Shown here: piece after piece, positions 49,535 through 59,153 of the stretch
Numbering within the stretch: position 1 is the stretch's first letter
Layout of the letters: every line of letters begins with the position of its first letter
From: a virus
Length of the DNA: 64,000 nt
IMG/VR virus record: IMGVR_UViG_3300036800_000073
Span: 1-64,000 of that record
Direction: 5' to 3' (one strand)
Notes under the pieces: model-generated
Told to the model about the DNA's origin: nothing
The model's input: only the letters and a program-made list of their open reading frames with translations
Database searches by the model: none
Position numbers and translations under genes: made by a program

Positions 49535-50398
49535 ATGGCCGAGCCGTTTCATCCGCTGCGGCGCATCGAGATCGCATATCGCAAAGCTATCTTCGATGCA
49601 CTGCGCCAAATGGTCGAGATCAGGATCGAGGACGGGAGCGAAGGCCAGTGGCTCGCGGATCTGATCGGGCTCGCGCACAGTAAAGAGCTGGCGCAGATCG
49701 GCGCAGCTATCGCGGCGCGGATGGTGCGCTGGGTCAATGTCGAGAATGCCAAGAGCTGGCGATATGCATCGCGACAGTCGCAACGGTCGCAGATGCTTTA
49801 CCGGCTACTCCAAGAGGAAATGTCGGGCACGGTCGGAACCCGCGTACAGCAAATCGTCCGCGAGAATGCCACACTGATCTCTTCGATTCCCTATACGGTC
49901 GCCGGAGAGCTGACCAACGAGATCATGGCGGCACAGCAGACCGGCGCAAGGCACGAAGTGATCGCGCGCATGATGCGCAACCGCTTTCCAATTCTGGCCC
50001 GTCATCGCGTGGCGCTGATCGCCCGCACGGAGACAAGTAAGGCAAGCACGGCACTGACGCGGGCCAGGTCGGAGGACCTGGGACTAAGTTGGTTCGTGTG
50101 GAAGACCTCGCATGATGTCCGCGTGCGGCCCGCGCACGAGCACATGGAAGATGTAGTGTGTTCGTGGAACGATTTGCCGTCGCCCGAGGCATTGGTTCAC
50201 ATTCGCAGCAAGCTGGGGAAATACGCACCAGGAGACGCTCCAAATTGCCGCTGTTATCCGGCTCCGGTGTTGTCGCTAGAAGACTTGTATCGCAATGGAA
50301 GTGAACGGCGGAAAGTCTACGCCAACGGAAACATTCAACGCATGACCCGCGCGCAGTTTGCGCGGCTGTCAGGAATCGAAGCGCGGGTCGCCGCATAG
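49535..50398 (+). CDS. Head morphogenesis protein (MuF/SPP1 gp7-like)
   Basis: LIARTE, W.TS.D.RVR..H, PG...NCRC. Confidence 0.9.
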   Translation: MAEPFHPLRRIEIAYRKAIFDALRQMVEIRIEDGSEGQWLADLIGLAHSKELAQIGAAIAARMVRWVNVENAKSWRYASRQSQRSQMLYRLLQEEMSGTVGTRVQQIVRENATLISSIPYTVAGELTNEIMAAQQTGARHEVIARMMRNRFPILARHRVALIARTETSKASTALTRARSEDLGLSWFVWKTSHDVRVRPAHEHMEDVVCSWNDLPSPEALVHIRSKLGKYAPGDAPNCRCYPAPVLSLEDLYRNGSERRKVYANGNIQRMTRAQFARLSGIEARVAA

Positions 50399-50408
50399 GA
50401 GATGTCGT

Positions 50409-51254
50409 ATGAAACGTTCGACGATAATCGTTAGTTTCGCAGCTCTGGTCTGCGTTCTTGGAATGTCCGGGTTCGCGTATTTTGGGGGACAGGCCGGGAG
50501 CGTTGCCTCCAATCCAGCACCGACCGCAAACGTGATCGCCAAGTACACCACCGCGCAGCAAGGTGTTCCGATCCTCACTCCGTCGCTATTGTCCGACAAT
50601 GGAACCACGCTGTCCTACAACGGCACCCCGGTCGCGGGCGGCACCGCATATGCCAACATCTATAGCGCGGGCGGAGGCACTGCTCAGGCACAGACCATGA
50701 CTCCCTCTCCTGCGCTGCCGGCTTTGCTGTCTGGCATCGGCGTGATTTGGGCACCGACCGCGGCCAACACCGCTGCTGCTCCAACCTTGGCGATCAGCGG
50801 CCTGACGGCGAAGCCCATTACCAAATGCGGGACGGCGGCGCTGGTCGCAAACGACATTGTGACAACTGCGCTGGCTGTCGGTTATTACGATGGAACGGAA
50901 TTCCAACTGTTGAATCCGCAGGCTTCCGGCTGTCCTCGCTCTGCCTATGCCACCACTACGAATTGCACCAGTTCGGCGTCTCCGGCAGTCTGCGCCGCTG
51001 CCGCCGCTGGGTCAGTCGTCGTCGCCGCTGCCGATACTACAATTGTCGTGGATACCACAGCGGTTACGGCTAACAGCCAAATTATCGTGCAAGAGGATGC
51101 CAGCCTAGGTGCCAGGCTGAGTGTGACCTGTAACGCGACAGCAGCCACCGCGCCGCCCGTTGTAACCGCGCGAACCGCCGCAACGAGCTTCACCATCACG
51201 ACCACCGTGCCCATCGCGAATCCGCGCTGCCTCAGTTATTTCATCGTCAACTAA
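50409..51254 (+). CDS. Thr/Ala-rich putative virion/fibre-like protein with N-terminal hydrophobic signal
   Basis: MKR + hydrophobic stretch; ANT.AAPTLAI.GL.AK.I and YDGTEFQL motifs seen in tail-fibre-like modules. Confidence 0.55.
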   Translation: MKRSTIIVSFAALVCVLGMSGFAYFGGQAGSVASNPAPTANVIAKYTTAQQGVPILTPSLLSDNGTTLSYNGTPVAGGTAYANIYSAGGGTAQAQTMTPSPALPALLSGIGVIWAPTAANTAAAPTLAISGLTAKPITKCGTAALVANDIVTTALAVGYYDGTEFQLLNPQASGCPRSAYATTTNCTSSASPAVCAAAAAGSVVVAAADTTIVVDTTAVTANSQIIVQEDASLGARLSVTCNATAATAPPVVTARTAATSFTITTTVPIANPRCLSYFIVN

Positions 51255-51255
51255 A

Positions 51256-51390
51256 ATGCGATTCCGCTTTGTGTTCGCCTGGTACGACTTTTGGATGGGA
51301 GCTTACTTCGATATCGCCAGGCGAAAGCTCTATATTTTGCCGATTCCATGCGTCGGAATCGTAATCGAATGGACAAAGCCATGCCGCTAA
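51256..51390 (+). CDS. Small hypothetical phage protein (44 aa, absent from ORF track)
   Basis: MRFRFVFAWYDFWMGAYFD..KLYILPIPC fills the gap between genes. Confidence 0.55.
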   Translation: MRFRFVFAWYDFWMGAYFDIARRKLYILPIPCVGIVIEWTKPCR

Positions 51391-51755
51391 CGAATAAGGG
51401 CGAATCGATCTTGCATTCGATGGAAGCCAGCTATCCATCCGAAGAGAAAGCCGAACAGGTGTTCTATGCCAGCCGCAATGCTGGCACGATAACCGGCGTG
51501 GATACCGCGCCAGAAGGAGTTACCGCCATGGAAGGTCATCGCATCGACGATCTTGGCAAGTCCACATTACACGCCGCCGACAGCGAGGGTCTTCGTGTCA
51601 AAAACCTGGGCGAGTCGGTTCTTCATGCTGACCAGCATGGTGCGGTCGATGCAGCCTTTCAGAGTCCGGGCGGCAACTCCGGGGCGCTGATCTCGCCCGC
51701 GCCGGGTTTGGGCATGTCAGCTTATCAAAGCCCCAAGGTTCCGGACGGCAACTAG
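51381..51755 (+). CDS. Small head-region protein
   Basis: MPLTNKG..EQVFYASRNAGTITGVD. Confidence 0.65.
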   Translation: MPLTNKGESILHSMEASYPSEEKAEQVFYASRNAGTITGVDTAPEGVTAMEGHRIDDLGKSTLHAADSEGLRVKNLGESVLHADQHGAVDAAFQSPGGNSGALISPAPGLGMSAYQSPKVPDGN

Positions 51756-51840
51756 AGACGACTGACTCGCTATGCCGTAGACGCCGATCGGGGCGGCGGA
51801 TGACCGCGCTGGTACGCGGCTGCGCGGCGTAACCCAGGAG

Positions 51841-52278
51841 ATGGCGGGGCGAGAGATGACTGCAATTAGACATGAGGATGGAGACGAGTGCCCACTTGAT
51901 CTCGGCAGAAGGTTTGATGAATTACTCAGCGATCTAGCTGAGAAGCATAGGCAAAACCGTAACGACATCCACCAGCTCCGGAATGAGCAGCAGAAACTGG
52001 CGCTAAAGCACTCAGATTTGGAGGGCATTCTGGCTCCAATCACTGGTAAGGATGGAAAGAAGGGTGTTTTGGACACTCTCATAGCAGCCGTGGATAGCTT
52101 GAGAAACACGGTGGAGTCACTGAACCTGTCGCGAGCCGAACAGGCTGGCATTGACAAGCAGGAGCAGAAGACCACGAAACGTGACCGCTTCTTGATTGGT
52201 AGCGGGCTGGCGCTGATCGTGGCGCTGATTCCCTTCCTTGTGGTTCTTATCCAGCGACTATTTCCGGCCGGCAAGTAA
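51841..52278 (+). CDS. Coiled-coil protein with C-terminal transmembrane helix
   Basis: Heptad pattern; FLIGSGLALIVALIPFLVVLI. Confidence 0.55.
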   Translation: MAGREMTAIRHEDGDECPLDLGRRFDELLSDLAEKHRQNRNDIHQLRNEQQKLALKHSDLEGILAPITGKDGKKGVLDTLIAAVDSLRNTVESLNLSRAEQAGIDKQEQKTTKRDRFLIGSGLALIVALIPFLVVLIQRLFPAGK

Positions 52279-52303
52279 ACCATTCCCGAAGGAGACTTGA
52301 TTT

Positions 52304-52882
52304 ATGGAGCACATCAATCCAGGCACTTCCGCATTCACGTCTCCCGAGATCGCGCCGTATCGCGCGACCGCTGCGGAGCCCTTTCGCCAAGAACAGGCGC
52401 AGGATGCTTTTCATTCCGCCTACGATGGAGCGCCGATCCCGGTCAGCTCTCACATGCCCATCTTTCGTACCGCGGCCATGGTGGACGACTTCAACGAGTC
52501 GATGACGGATGGAACCAGTGAGGGCGCAAAGAAGGCGTGGGAGTCGCGCGAGCGCGGCGCAACCGAACCGGTGACTGTCGCAAAGGGAACCGCGCCAGCA
52601 CCGGGAACGAAGATTCGACCTCCGAGCGATACGGAAAGAGCGGAGGCGCGGGCGGAGTTCCCAGAGGCCGCAGCCAAAGCCGATACGAAGCTCTCCGCGC
52701 ACAAGTGGCCTACCGAAGAAGAAGAGACGGCCAAGCACGCGGAGTATCTCGATCCCAAGCCTGATCCAGACGATCCCGATCAGGAACACGCGGCGGCACA
52801 CGCTGCATTCCTCAAGAAACAACGCGGCGAGGGACATAAGGAATACGCGGCGCAGGATGCGCTGCATCGCGGCAAAGAATAA
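52304..52882 (+). CDS. Acidic head-region protein
   Basis: GGAG RBS; DGTSEGAKKAWE motif. Confidence 0.65.
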   Translation: MEHINPGTSAFTSPEIAPYRATAAEPFRQEQAQDAFHSAYDGAPIPVSSHMPIFRTAAMVDDFNESMTDGTSEGAKKAWESRERGATEPVTVAKGTAPAPGTKIRPPSDTERAEARAEFPEAAAKADTKLSAHKWPTEEEETAKHAEYLDPKPDPDDPDQEHAAAHAAFLKKQRGEGHKEYAAQDALHRGKE

Positions 52883-53146
52883 TCATTATTACCTCAACCT
52901 TTGGAGCGGAGCACCCCGATGGTCCCCATCAACGGCGGCGGCTCTGCGTTCGAAGATGGCAGGCCGCATAGCGAACCTCTGGCAACCGATTCTGTGAGCG
53001 AGCGCCTGGGCCTGCGTCGCTCCGTATTGTCCATGCAGGCGGAACTAGCCGCACTATCGCCCGACGATCCCGAATTGGAAAGCAAGCGCCGAGCGCTGCA
53101 ACAGGCATACACCGTGCTGGGGTTTGCCGAGATGGGAGAGTAAACC

Positions 53147-53416
53147 ATGCCGATCCATGGAGGCAGTTCCGCATATGACTCATCCACGATTCCAGGTGGC
53201 GAATCGCCGTATTCGATGTCCATTCCGGAGATGCAGCAAGATGGCACCAGTGAAGGTGCGATGAAAGCGTGGGAGCACCGGCAACGAGAGGAACGGCCAA
53301 CCCTCATGGGCGGTAGACCGATATCGCGAGAGCTGGCCGCGCAGCGCGAGATCGAAGAGGCGAACAGCAAGAGTCACCAGGCCAACGTGGCCCAGAAATG
53401 TGCTCGTAGGGTTTAG
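53147..53416 (+). CDS. Small head-region protein
   Basis: GGAG RBS; DGTSEGAMKAWE motif. Confidence 0.55.
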   Translation: MPIHGGSSAYDSSTIPGGESPYSMSIPEMQQDGTSEGAMKAWEHRQREERPTLMGGRPISRELAAQREIEEANSKSHQANVAQKCARRV

Positions 53417-53449
53417 CGTTAGCGGTTATTAAAAAAAGGTTGGTGAGAT

Positions 53450-55060
53450 ATGCCGAAATACTATTCGCTACTCCTCACCACGCATATCTCGAAGACGCCG
53501 GAAGGTTATCTCATTTGCCGCGACGTTCCGATTTGCAGGAGCGGTTTTCAGTTATATCGCGGCAAAGAGCTGGTCAGGTTCCCCGGCTATCAGGCAAGTT
53601 GGGGCCTCGATCCGGAAACCATGTACAAGGTCCTCCGGCCGAAAGAAGAGGTCCTGCACCCGGACACGATTGCAAGTTTCAACGGCAAAACGGTCGTCAA
53701 CGAACATCCCGAAAAGGATGTTGTCTATATCGACAACGAAGGTGAACTGAATTGCGGTCACGCCCAGGATATCAAGCGTGGCGAAGACCTACCGCCTACC
53801 GAAGAGTTGCCCGAAGGCGCAGTGACGCTCGCTGCTGACTTGCATATCAAAGATCCGGAGTTGGTCGAAAAGATTTATCCCAAGGATGATCCGGCCAGCG
53901 GCGTACGCGACATCAGTTGCGGGTATTCCCTCAAGCTCAAGCGTTTGGCAGACGGAACGCTTGTCATGTATTGCATTCGCGGCAATCACATTGCCGTTGT
54001 AGAGAAAGGCAGAGCCGGAGAAATGATTGCGATTCAGGATTCGGTTCCCATCGAAACGATGGAAATCCTGGTTGCGATCGGAGATGCGGCACCGCCCGAA
54101 ATCAAGGAAAAGAGGACACCGATCATGAGTATTAGAGAGTTGATTTTCGGGCGCGGAGTCAAAGCAATCATGCCAGATGCCAGCCCGGATGAAGTGGCTT
54201 CCATGATGAAGGAAATGGAAGAGCCGGACAAGCGCGATGGAAAGCCAAAGCCTGCGAAGGACTCCATGGAAAAGCAGGACGAACTCGCCGCCGAACACCC
54301 TCATCGTGTCGCCGCGCACGCTGCGCTTGACCGCTGTCTGGACGCGCGCGGAGCCGACGATCATATGGGCAAGGATGCATTTGGGAAGCCTGCCCATCTT
54401 GACTCCCTGCAACGGGAATTGGCGAAGTTCATTGAGAAAGAAGAGGGTGCCTCTGCCGCTGCGGAGACCGCGAAGGCGGAGCCTGCCAAGGCCGAGCCCG
54501 AGCCGGAGCCCAAGGCCGAGCCGGAAGTGGATGCCGGACCTGCGCCGGAGATCGAGGAGTTGAAAGAGGAAGAACCTCCCAAGGAAGAAGAAGTCGAGCC
54601 GGAACGCGAGCCCGAAGGCGATGCGGACGCGGACGCGGAGCCAAGCGATCCGGAAGATGAAGAAGAGAAGCCCGCCACCGACGCCGAAGAGGTCAAGGAG
54701 CAAGGCGAGAGCGTGCTCAAGCAGGCCAACGATTCGGTACGTAACTATCTCCGAGCAACCAAGCCTCTGGTCGCCAGTATCGTTGCCAAGCCCAGGTCGA
54801 AGTGGACAGTGCCGGAAGCGACCATGGTGGACAGCTACAACAAAGCCGTCCGCAATGTCAACGAGGCTGGCCCTGCATACCGCGTGTTGGCCAAGCCGAA
54901 GGTCCCTTCCAGGATTCCACCACTGGCTAAGGATGCCGAGGCAGCGGCGGCTGCAAACAAGCTCGAAGAGGACAAGATCGCAGCATTCTACGAAGGCGTG
55001 CCGTGGGCGAAGGGCAAAGCAGTTCACGACGCCTATCTCAAAACGAAGGGAAGTAAATAA
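53450..55060 (+). CDS. Prohead protease/scaffold (DUF2213-type)
   Basis: TPEGYL...VPI.RSG, R..EEV, SF.GK.V..EHP, ISCGY, NHIAVV..GRAG; acidic scaffold tail. Confidence 0.9.
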   Translation: MPKYYSLLLTTHISKTPEGYLICRDVPICRSGFQLYRGKELVRFPGYQASWGLDPETMYKVLRPKEEVLHPDTIASFNGKTVVNEHPEKDVVYIDNEGELNCGHAQDIKRGEDLPPTEELPEGAVTLAADLHIKDPELVEKIYPKDDPASGVRDISCGYSLKLKRLADGTLVMYCIRGNHIAVVEKGRAGEMIAIQDSVPIETMEILVAIGDAAPPEIKEKRTPIMSIRELIFGRGVKAIMPDASPDEVASMMKEMEEPDKRDGKPKPAKDSMEKQDELAAEHPHRVAAHAALDRCLDARGADDHMGKDAFGKPAHLDSLQRELAKFIEKEEGASAAAETAKAEPAKAEPEPEPKAEPEVDAGPAPEIEELKEEEPPKEEEVEPEREPEGDADADAEPSDPEDEEEKPATDAEEVKEQGESVLKQANDSVRNYLRATKPLVASIVAKPRSKWTVPEATMVDSYNKAVRNVNEAGPAYRVLAKPKVPSRIPPLAKDAEAAAAANKLEEDKIAAFYEGVPWAKGKAVHDAYLKTKGSK

Positions 55061-55062
55061 CC

Positions 55063-55623
55063 ATGCCCGCAACAGTTATCCCCGTAAAGGGGCTCTACCT
55101 TGGCTTCGTAGGGAACGTCAGTAACGAGGGCTATTCCCTTCGTAAGCCGCGCCTGGTCCAAGCCGCCGATCCGAATCCTATCGCATTCGGCGAAACTTTG
55201 GTCCTGAACACCAACAACACCTACTCCAGCGTCAAGAGCTTCGTGGCCGGCGCTGGCATCGTCACAGCGGCTCTGGCCATGGGCATCGCAACCTCGAATG
55301 TGAATATCAATCCGACCTATGCCTCTGGCGGTTCCGGAAATGTGGCGACGGTCGGCGGCCAATTCGTTCAGGGTGCGATCTGTGACGCGCTGGTGCAAGG
55401 GACGCTCAACGTCTATTGCGCCAATGGCACGCCGACTGCTGGCGGCGCGGTATATTGCCGCGTGGCACTGAATGGTGCCATCCCCAATGGCGTCGTCGGC
55501 GGTCTGGAAGCCGTAGCCGATGGCGGCAATACGGTCCTGCTCACCAACTTCAAGTGGAGCACGGGCTATCTCGAAACCGATGGAAGCAGCCAGCTCACCA
55601 TCCTCACCAGGACCATCGCCTAA
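55063..55623 (+). CDS. Capsid decoration/cement protein
   Basis: Between scaffold and capsid; IAFG, G...V.C..GTP..GG.VY.R. Confidence 0.8.
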   Translation: MPATVIPVKGLYLGFVGNVSNEGYSLRKPRLVQAADPNPIAFGETLVLNTNNTYSSVKSFVAGAGIVTAALAMGIATSNVNINPTYASGGSGNVATVGGQFVQGAICDALVQGTLNVYCANGTPTAGGAVYCRVALNGAIPNGVVGGLEAVADGGNTVLLTNFKWSTGYLETDGSSQLTILTRTIA

Positions 55624-55653
55624 TCGCAGGCAATCAGTGGCCGCACTTCCCTG

Positions 55654-55680
55654 AAAGGGCTCCTTCGGGAGCCTTTTCTA
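55654..55680 (+). terminator. Intrinsic terminator/stem-loop
   Basis: gaaagggctcc-TTCG-ggagccttttc. Confidence 0.7.
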
Positions 55681-55717
55681 TTTGGAACCCGCAGCTACAC
55701 AAAGGAGAAACAAAGCA

Positions 55718-56743
55718 ATGACTCCCAAAGAGTATCAGCAGTCTCTTGCTGCCCTGCGAAGTGGTCAAGTGCTGTCGGATGCCGCGCAAGCGGCCACCGG
55801 CCAGACATTCTTGATGGCAGAGTTGAGCAAGCTCGATCCGGTGGTGCGTTTGCCATTGGAGAACTTCACCTATCTGCGGGATATTCCGCTCGACAAGGGC
55901 GGCGGCTGGGTGATGAATCACATCGCACACAACGTTGACTTCCGCGGCCCACGCGATGCCGGGGCCGGATCGCAGACCAACGATTCGCGCGTGATCGAAT
56001 ACAACGTCAACCAGGATACCTGGCCGGTGTACCCCTACCAGGTGCGTGTCCGCATTCCCATCGTGGAATCGCTGCGGATGGCACAGGTAGGGCGTTCGCC
56101 GCAGGATCTGCTCGACAAGGGCGTGCGTGTCGATTATTCAAAGACGCTCGACACTCGTACTTATCAAGGCTTCCAAGGCGGCGTCAATGGTGGAACGAGC
56201 TATTATGGCCTGATCGGAAATCCGGCCGTCACCAATACCGCGCTGCCGGCGACGGGCACGGGCGGAACCCTGACGTGGAGCACCAAGACCGCTGTGGCGA
56301 TCTTGGGCGACTTCAATTTCATGGCTCTCACCATCTGGAATGCATCGGGAAATGCGCCGGGCGCGATGCCCACGCGATTCCTGGTGCCGCCCACGCAATG
56401 GGTCCTGCTCACGCAGCCCATGGCTGTGGTGGGCGGGCCTTCCGGATATGCGTCGATCCTTGACTACATCCAGAAGAATTATCTCGGCGCGGCCTTCGGC
56501 ATCGTGCCGGAGATTTATCCGCTTCCGGAGTGGCTCGAAGGCGCGGGGCCCGGTCCGACACAGCTCATCATGGCCTACAAGTACGACAAGGACTGCCTGT
56601 CGCTGGGCATTCCGCAGGAGATCACGCGTTTTGGCGCTCCGCCATCCATCGTGTCGGGCTGTTTCGAGTTCCTCTATTTGGCCAACATTGGAGTCGTCAA
56701 GGTCAACCGGCCTCAGACGGTCGGCGGCTTCTACGGCTGCTGA
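55718..56743 (+). CDS. Major capsid protein (DUF2184-type)
   Basis: FL..EL..LDP, YGL..NP.V, W..KT...I..D, GVV.V.RP; AAGGAG RBS. Confidence 0.9.
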   Translation: MTPKEYQQSLAALRSGQVLSDAAQAATGQTFLMAELSKLDPVVRLPLENFTYLRDIPLDKGGGWVMNHIAHNVDFRGPRDAGAGSQTNDSRVIEYNVNQDTWPVYPYQVRVRIPIVESLRMAQVGRSPQDLLDKGVRVDYSKTLDTRTYQGFQGGVNGGTSYYGLIGNPAVTNTALPATGTGGTLTWSTKTAVAILGDFNFMALTIWNASGNAPGAMPTRFLVPPTQWVLLTQPMAVVGGPSGYASILDYIQKNYLGAAFGIVPEIYPLPEWLEGAGPGPTQLIMAYKYDKDCLSLGIPQEITRFGAPPSIVSGCFEFLYLANIGVVKVNRPQTVGGFYGC

Positions 56744-56805
56744 ACGCTGAACATAACCCGGCTACGCATACCAGATGGGCCGGACTCCGGCCCATCGAAA
56801 GGAAA

Positions 56806-57045
56806 ATGTCCATGCACATTTTGTCTCACCGCAATATCAATCTGCATTCCGCCTCGACCGATGGCGGCTTGATCCATATCGCCCAAGGAACGTCGAAAAG
56901 CGTGCCCGACGATGTGGCTGATCATCCCGGCTTCGCCATGCTGCTCAAGGCCGGTCATATCGTCAAGATCGCGCCTGCGGAACCCGCAGCAGAATCCGAC
57001 GCGGACAAGACGCCGAAAAGGCCCACAGGGAAAGAGAGCAAATAG
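56806..57045 (+). CDS. Small post-capsid structural protein
   Basis: VPD.VA.HP.F..L...G.I; position after capsid. Confidence 0.6.
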   Translation: MSMHILSHRNINLHSASTDGGLIHIAQGTSKSVPDDVADHPGFAMLLKAGHIVKIAPAEPAAESDADKTPKRPTGKESK

Positions 57046-57048
57046 ATC

Positions 57049-57780
57049 ATGTGGCCAGACATCAACGGCTTCTATGCGATGCTGTATGGAGCCGGAGGGA
57101 TTGACCTCAGCGCATTGACCTGCTGGCAATTCGGTAATGCCACAGGTGTAGTATTTTCTGGCAATCCCCCTTATACCGCAACGGACTTCTTAGGCTTCTA
57201 TCCGAAATTCTTCGGGCCTCCGACTTCGGTATCTGGTCTTACCATCACACAAGGATCGGCGGTGGTCAGCGGCTTCGCCAGCATCACCGGCCTAGCCGTG
57301 GGACAGCTTGTGGTGAATCCGAATTCGATTCCCAAGGACTCCCTCATCCTGTCGATTGACAGCGCGCACAACGCTGTGACGCTGACCAATGAGGCGACCA
57401 ATGATGGCACCATCCTGACTATCTACGAAGCGCCGCCGATGCCGCTCGTGGTGCTTCTCTGGTATGTGTATCTGGCTCAGGCGAACATCAGCTCGCGGTG
57501 GTTCGTGAATGTCTGGCCTATGGCCATTGCCTATTTCATCGCGCATTTCTGCACGCTCTGGATGCGTTCGGAAACAGGGCCGAATACAACACCTTCGCAG
57601 ATCGTTACATCAGGACTAGAGAAAGGAATGCTGGTCGGAAAATCTGCCGGCGACGTAAGCGCCAGCGTTCAATTTCTTGAAGGCTATGACGAGTGGGGAA
57701 GCCTCAGGGAGACGTCATATGGTCAGCAGCTAGCCACTCTAGCGCGGTCGATCAATTGTGGCCCCATTTGGGTCAGATGA
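57049..57780 (+). CDS. Head-tail connector (DUF4054-like) with inserted beta domain
   Basis: F..FYP.F, IAHF.TL, KS.GDVS.S, T.YGQQ. Confidence 0.8.
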   Translation: MWPDINGFYAMLYGAGGIDLSALTCWQFGNATGVVFSGNPPYTATDFLGFYPKFFGPPTSVSGLTITQGSAVVSGFASITGLAVGQLVVNPNSIPKDSLILSIDSAHNAVTLTNEATNDGTILTIYEAPPMPLVVLLWYVYLAQANISSRWFVNVWPMAIAYFIAHFCTLWMRSETGPNTTPSQIVTSGLEKGMLVGKSAGDVSASVQFLEGYDEWGSLRETSYGQQLATLARSINCGPIWVR

Positions 57781-57795
57781 GTGAAAGAATGAACC

Positions 57796-58517
57796 ATGAT
57801 CGGCCTCATTTATCGCATTCTATTGCCAGCCACCGGCAAATCGTATATCGGCCAAACGCAACGAGAAGTGCAAATTAGATTTGAAGAGCATTGCCGCGAT
57901 GGTAGATGCCCGATCAATCGAGCGTTGAAGAAATATGGGCGCGATGCGGCAACAGTGACGATTTTAGACACGGCGGAGTCCGTCGATGAACTGAATGCAA
58001 AAGAGATGTTATGGATCGGCCACTTCGATTCAGTGAAGCCCCACGGCTATAACTTGACCGCTGGTGGGGAAGGAAACAAAAAGGCTTCCGATGAGACTAG
58101 AAGAAAGATGTCGGATGCGGCAAAGATTAGAAACGCCCGCCCGGAAATAAAGGCGCAACAATCTAAAGCGATGAGCGCGCGCATGGAAGGAAATCAGTTG
58201 CGTCGTGGTATGACCCTGACCGAGCAACACAGAATGGCCATATCTAAATGGGCTAGAGCGCGTCCTCCTTGTCTCTTGAGGCTAAGCAGAGAATCTCAAG
58301 AGCAAGACGAGGAAAGGCGCGGCCAGATTTGGCGGCGTTGAACAAGTCGCGCACCGGAATCGCGCTGACTCCTGAACACCGAAGCAAGCTATTACGCAAA
58401 GGTACATTCGAAAGTGAGTCGGATGATGGTGAGCGCAGAGTGGATGATCGGCGTCGAAAGCACGATAAGTGGGAGTCGCCACATGGTCGATTGGGCATTG
58501 TTTTCGAACCAAGCTGA
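57796..58517 (+). CDS. GIY-YIG homing endonuclease with NUMOD3-like repeats, frameshifted near 58268
   Basis: GLIY..YIGQT..RF.EH, GYNL..GG; SDETRRKMS, TEQHRMAIS; SLEAKQRIS and TPEHRSKL in another frame. Confidence 0.8.
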
Positions 58518-58623
58518 GGCCACTGCTCAGGCTCAGGCGGCGAGTGGGCCAAATAATAATTATGTTGTCGAACCGGTAACCGTGATAACTTACACTCCGC
58601 TGGAGAATAGCTGATGGGACGGG

Positions 58624-59067
58624 ATGATGCATTCCGATCTGAGGCAGCAAGCGCCATGGCCATCTGCGTTAGAAGGTCTGGTCAAGCGGCTGCGCTACAA
58701 AGATGGCTGGTGCTTCACGCTGGACACCATCGACCGTGGACAAGGCAGCGTGGGCGTGACCTTGGTGATCAACATCCGCGTGCCCGATAGTTATGAGAGC
58801 GGGCATAAGATCTGCGTGAACCACTATATGATCGTGCCCGCCGCCGCTTACGATCAGCGATCATGGACGCGCTGGCTGATTGACCAGATACTGCTCGTCG
58901 AACAGCATGAAGCCTGCGAGTTCTTTTTGATCGGCGACGAACGGCCCTTTGCGCCAAATCATGGCCCAGGCCGTGATCCTTATACCATCATGGATCAGGG
59001 ATTGCAGGTGGATGCGGAAACTACATTTCGCGGCGAACTATTCGGAAAAAGCGCCGTCAAGGATTGA
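58624..59067 (+). CDS. Hypothetical phage protein
   Basis: YKDGW.F, HEACEFF, PFAPNH. Confidence 0.6.
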   Translation: MMHSDLRQQAPWPSALEGLVKRLRYKDGWCFTLDTIDRGQGSVGVTLVINIRVPDSYESGHKICVNHYMIVPAAAYDQRSWTRWLIDQILLVEQHEACEFFLIGDERPFAPNHGPGRDPYTIMDQGLQVDAETTFRGELFGKSAVKD

Positions 59068-59153
59068 GATGCGTCATCGATTCGATGAGGACGAACCCGA
59101 TCCACGCTGGAATCAGCGCGACATCGCAGCGTGGCTGTTGAAGCATGGGAGCA

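Noticed and set aside
53789-55072. Long antisense and alternate-frame ORFs (e.g. 53789-55072 -, 61708-63261 +, 20239-21222 +)
   Set aside because: Shadows of real genes caused by high-GC codon bias; no motifs or RBS.
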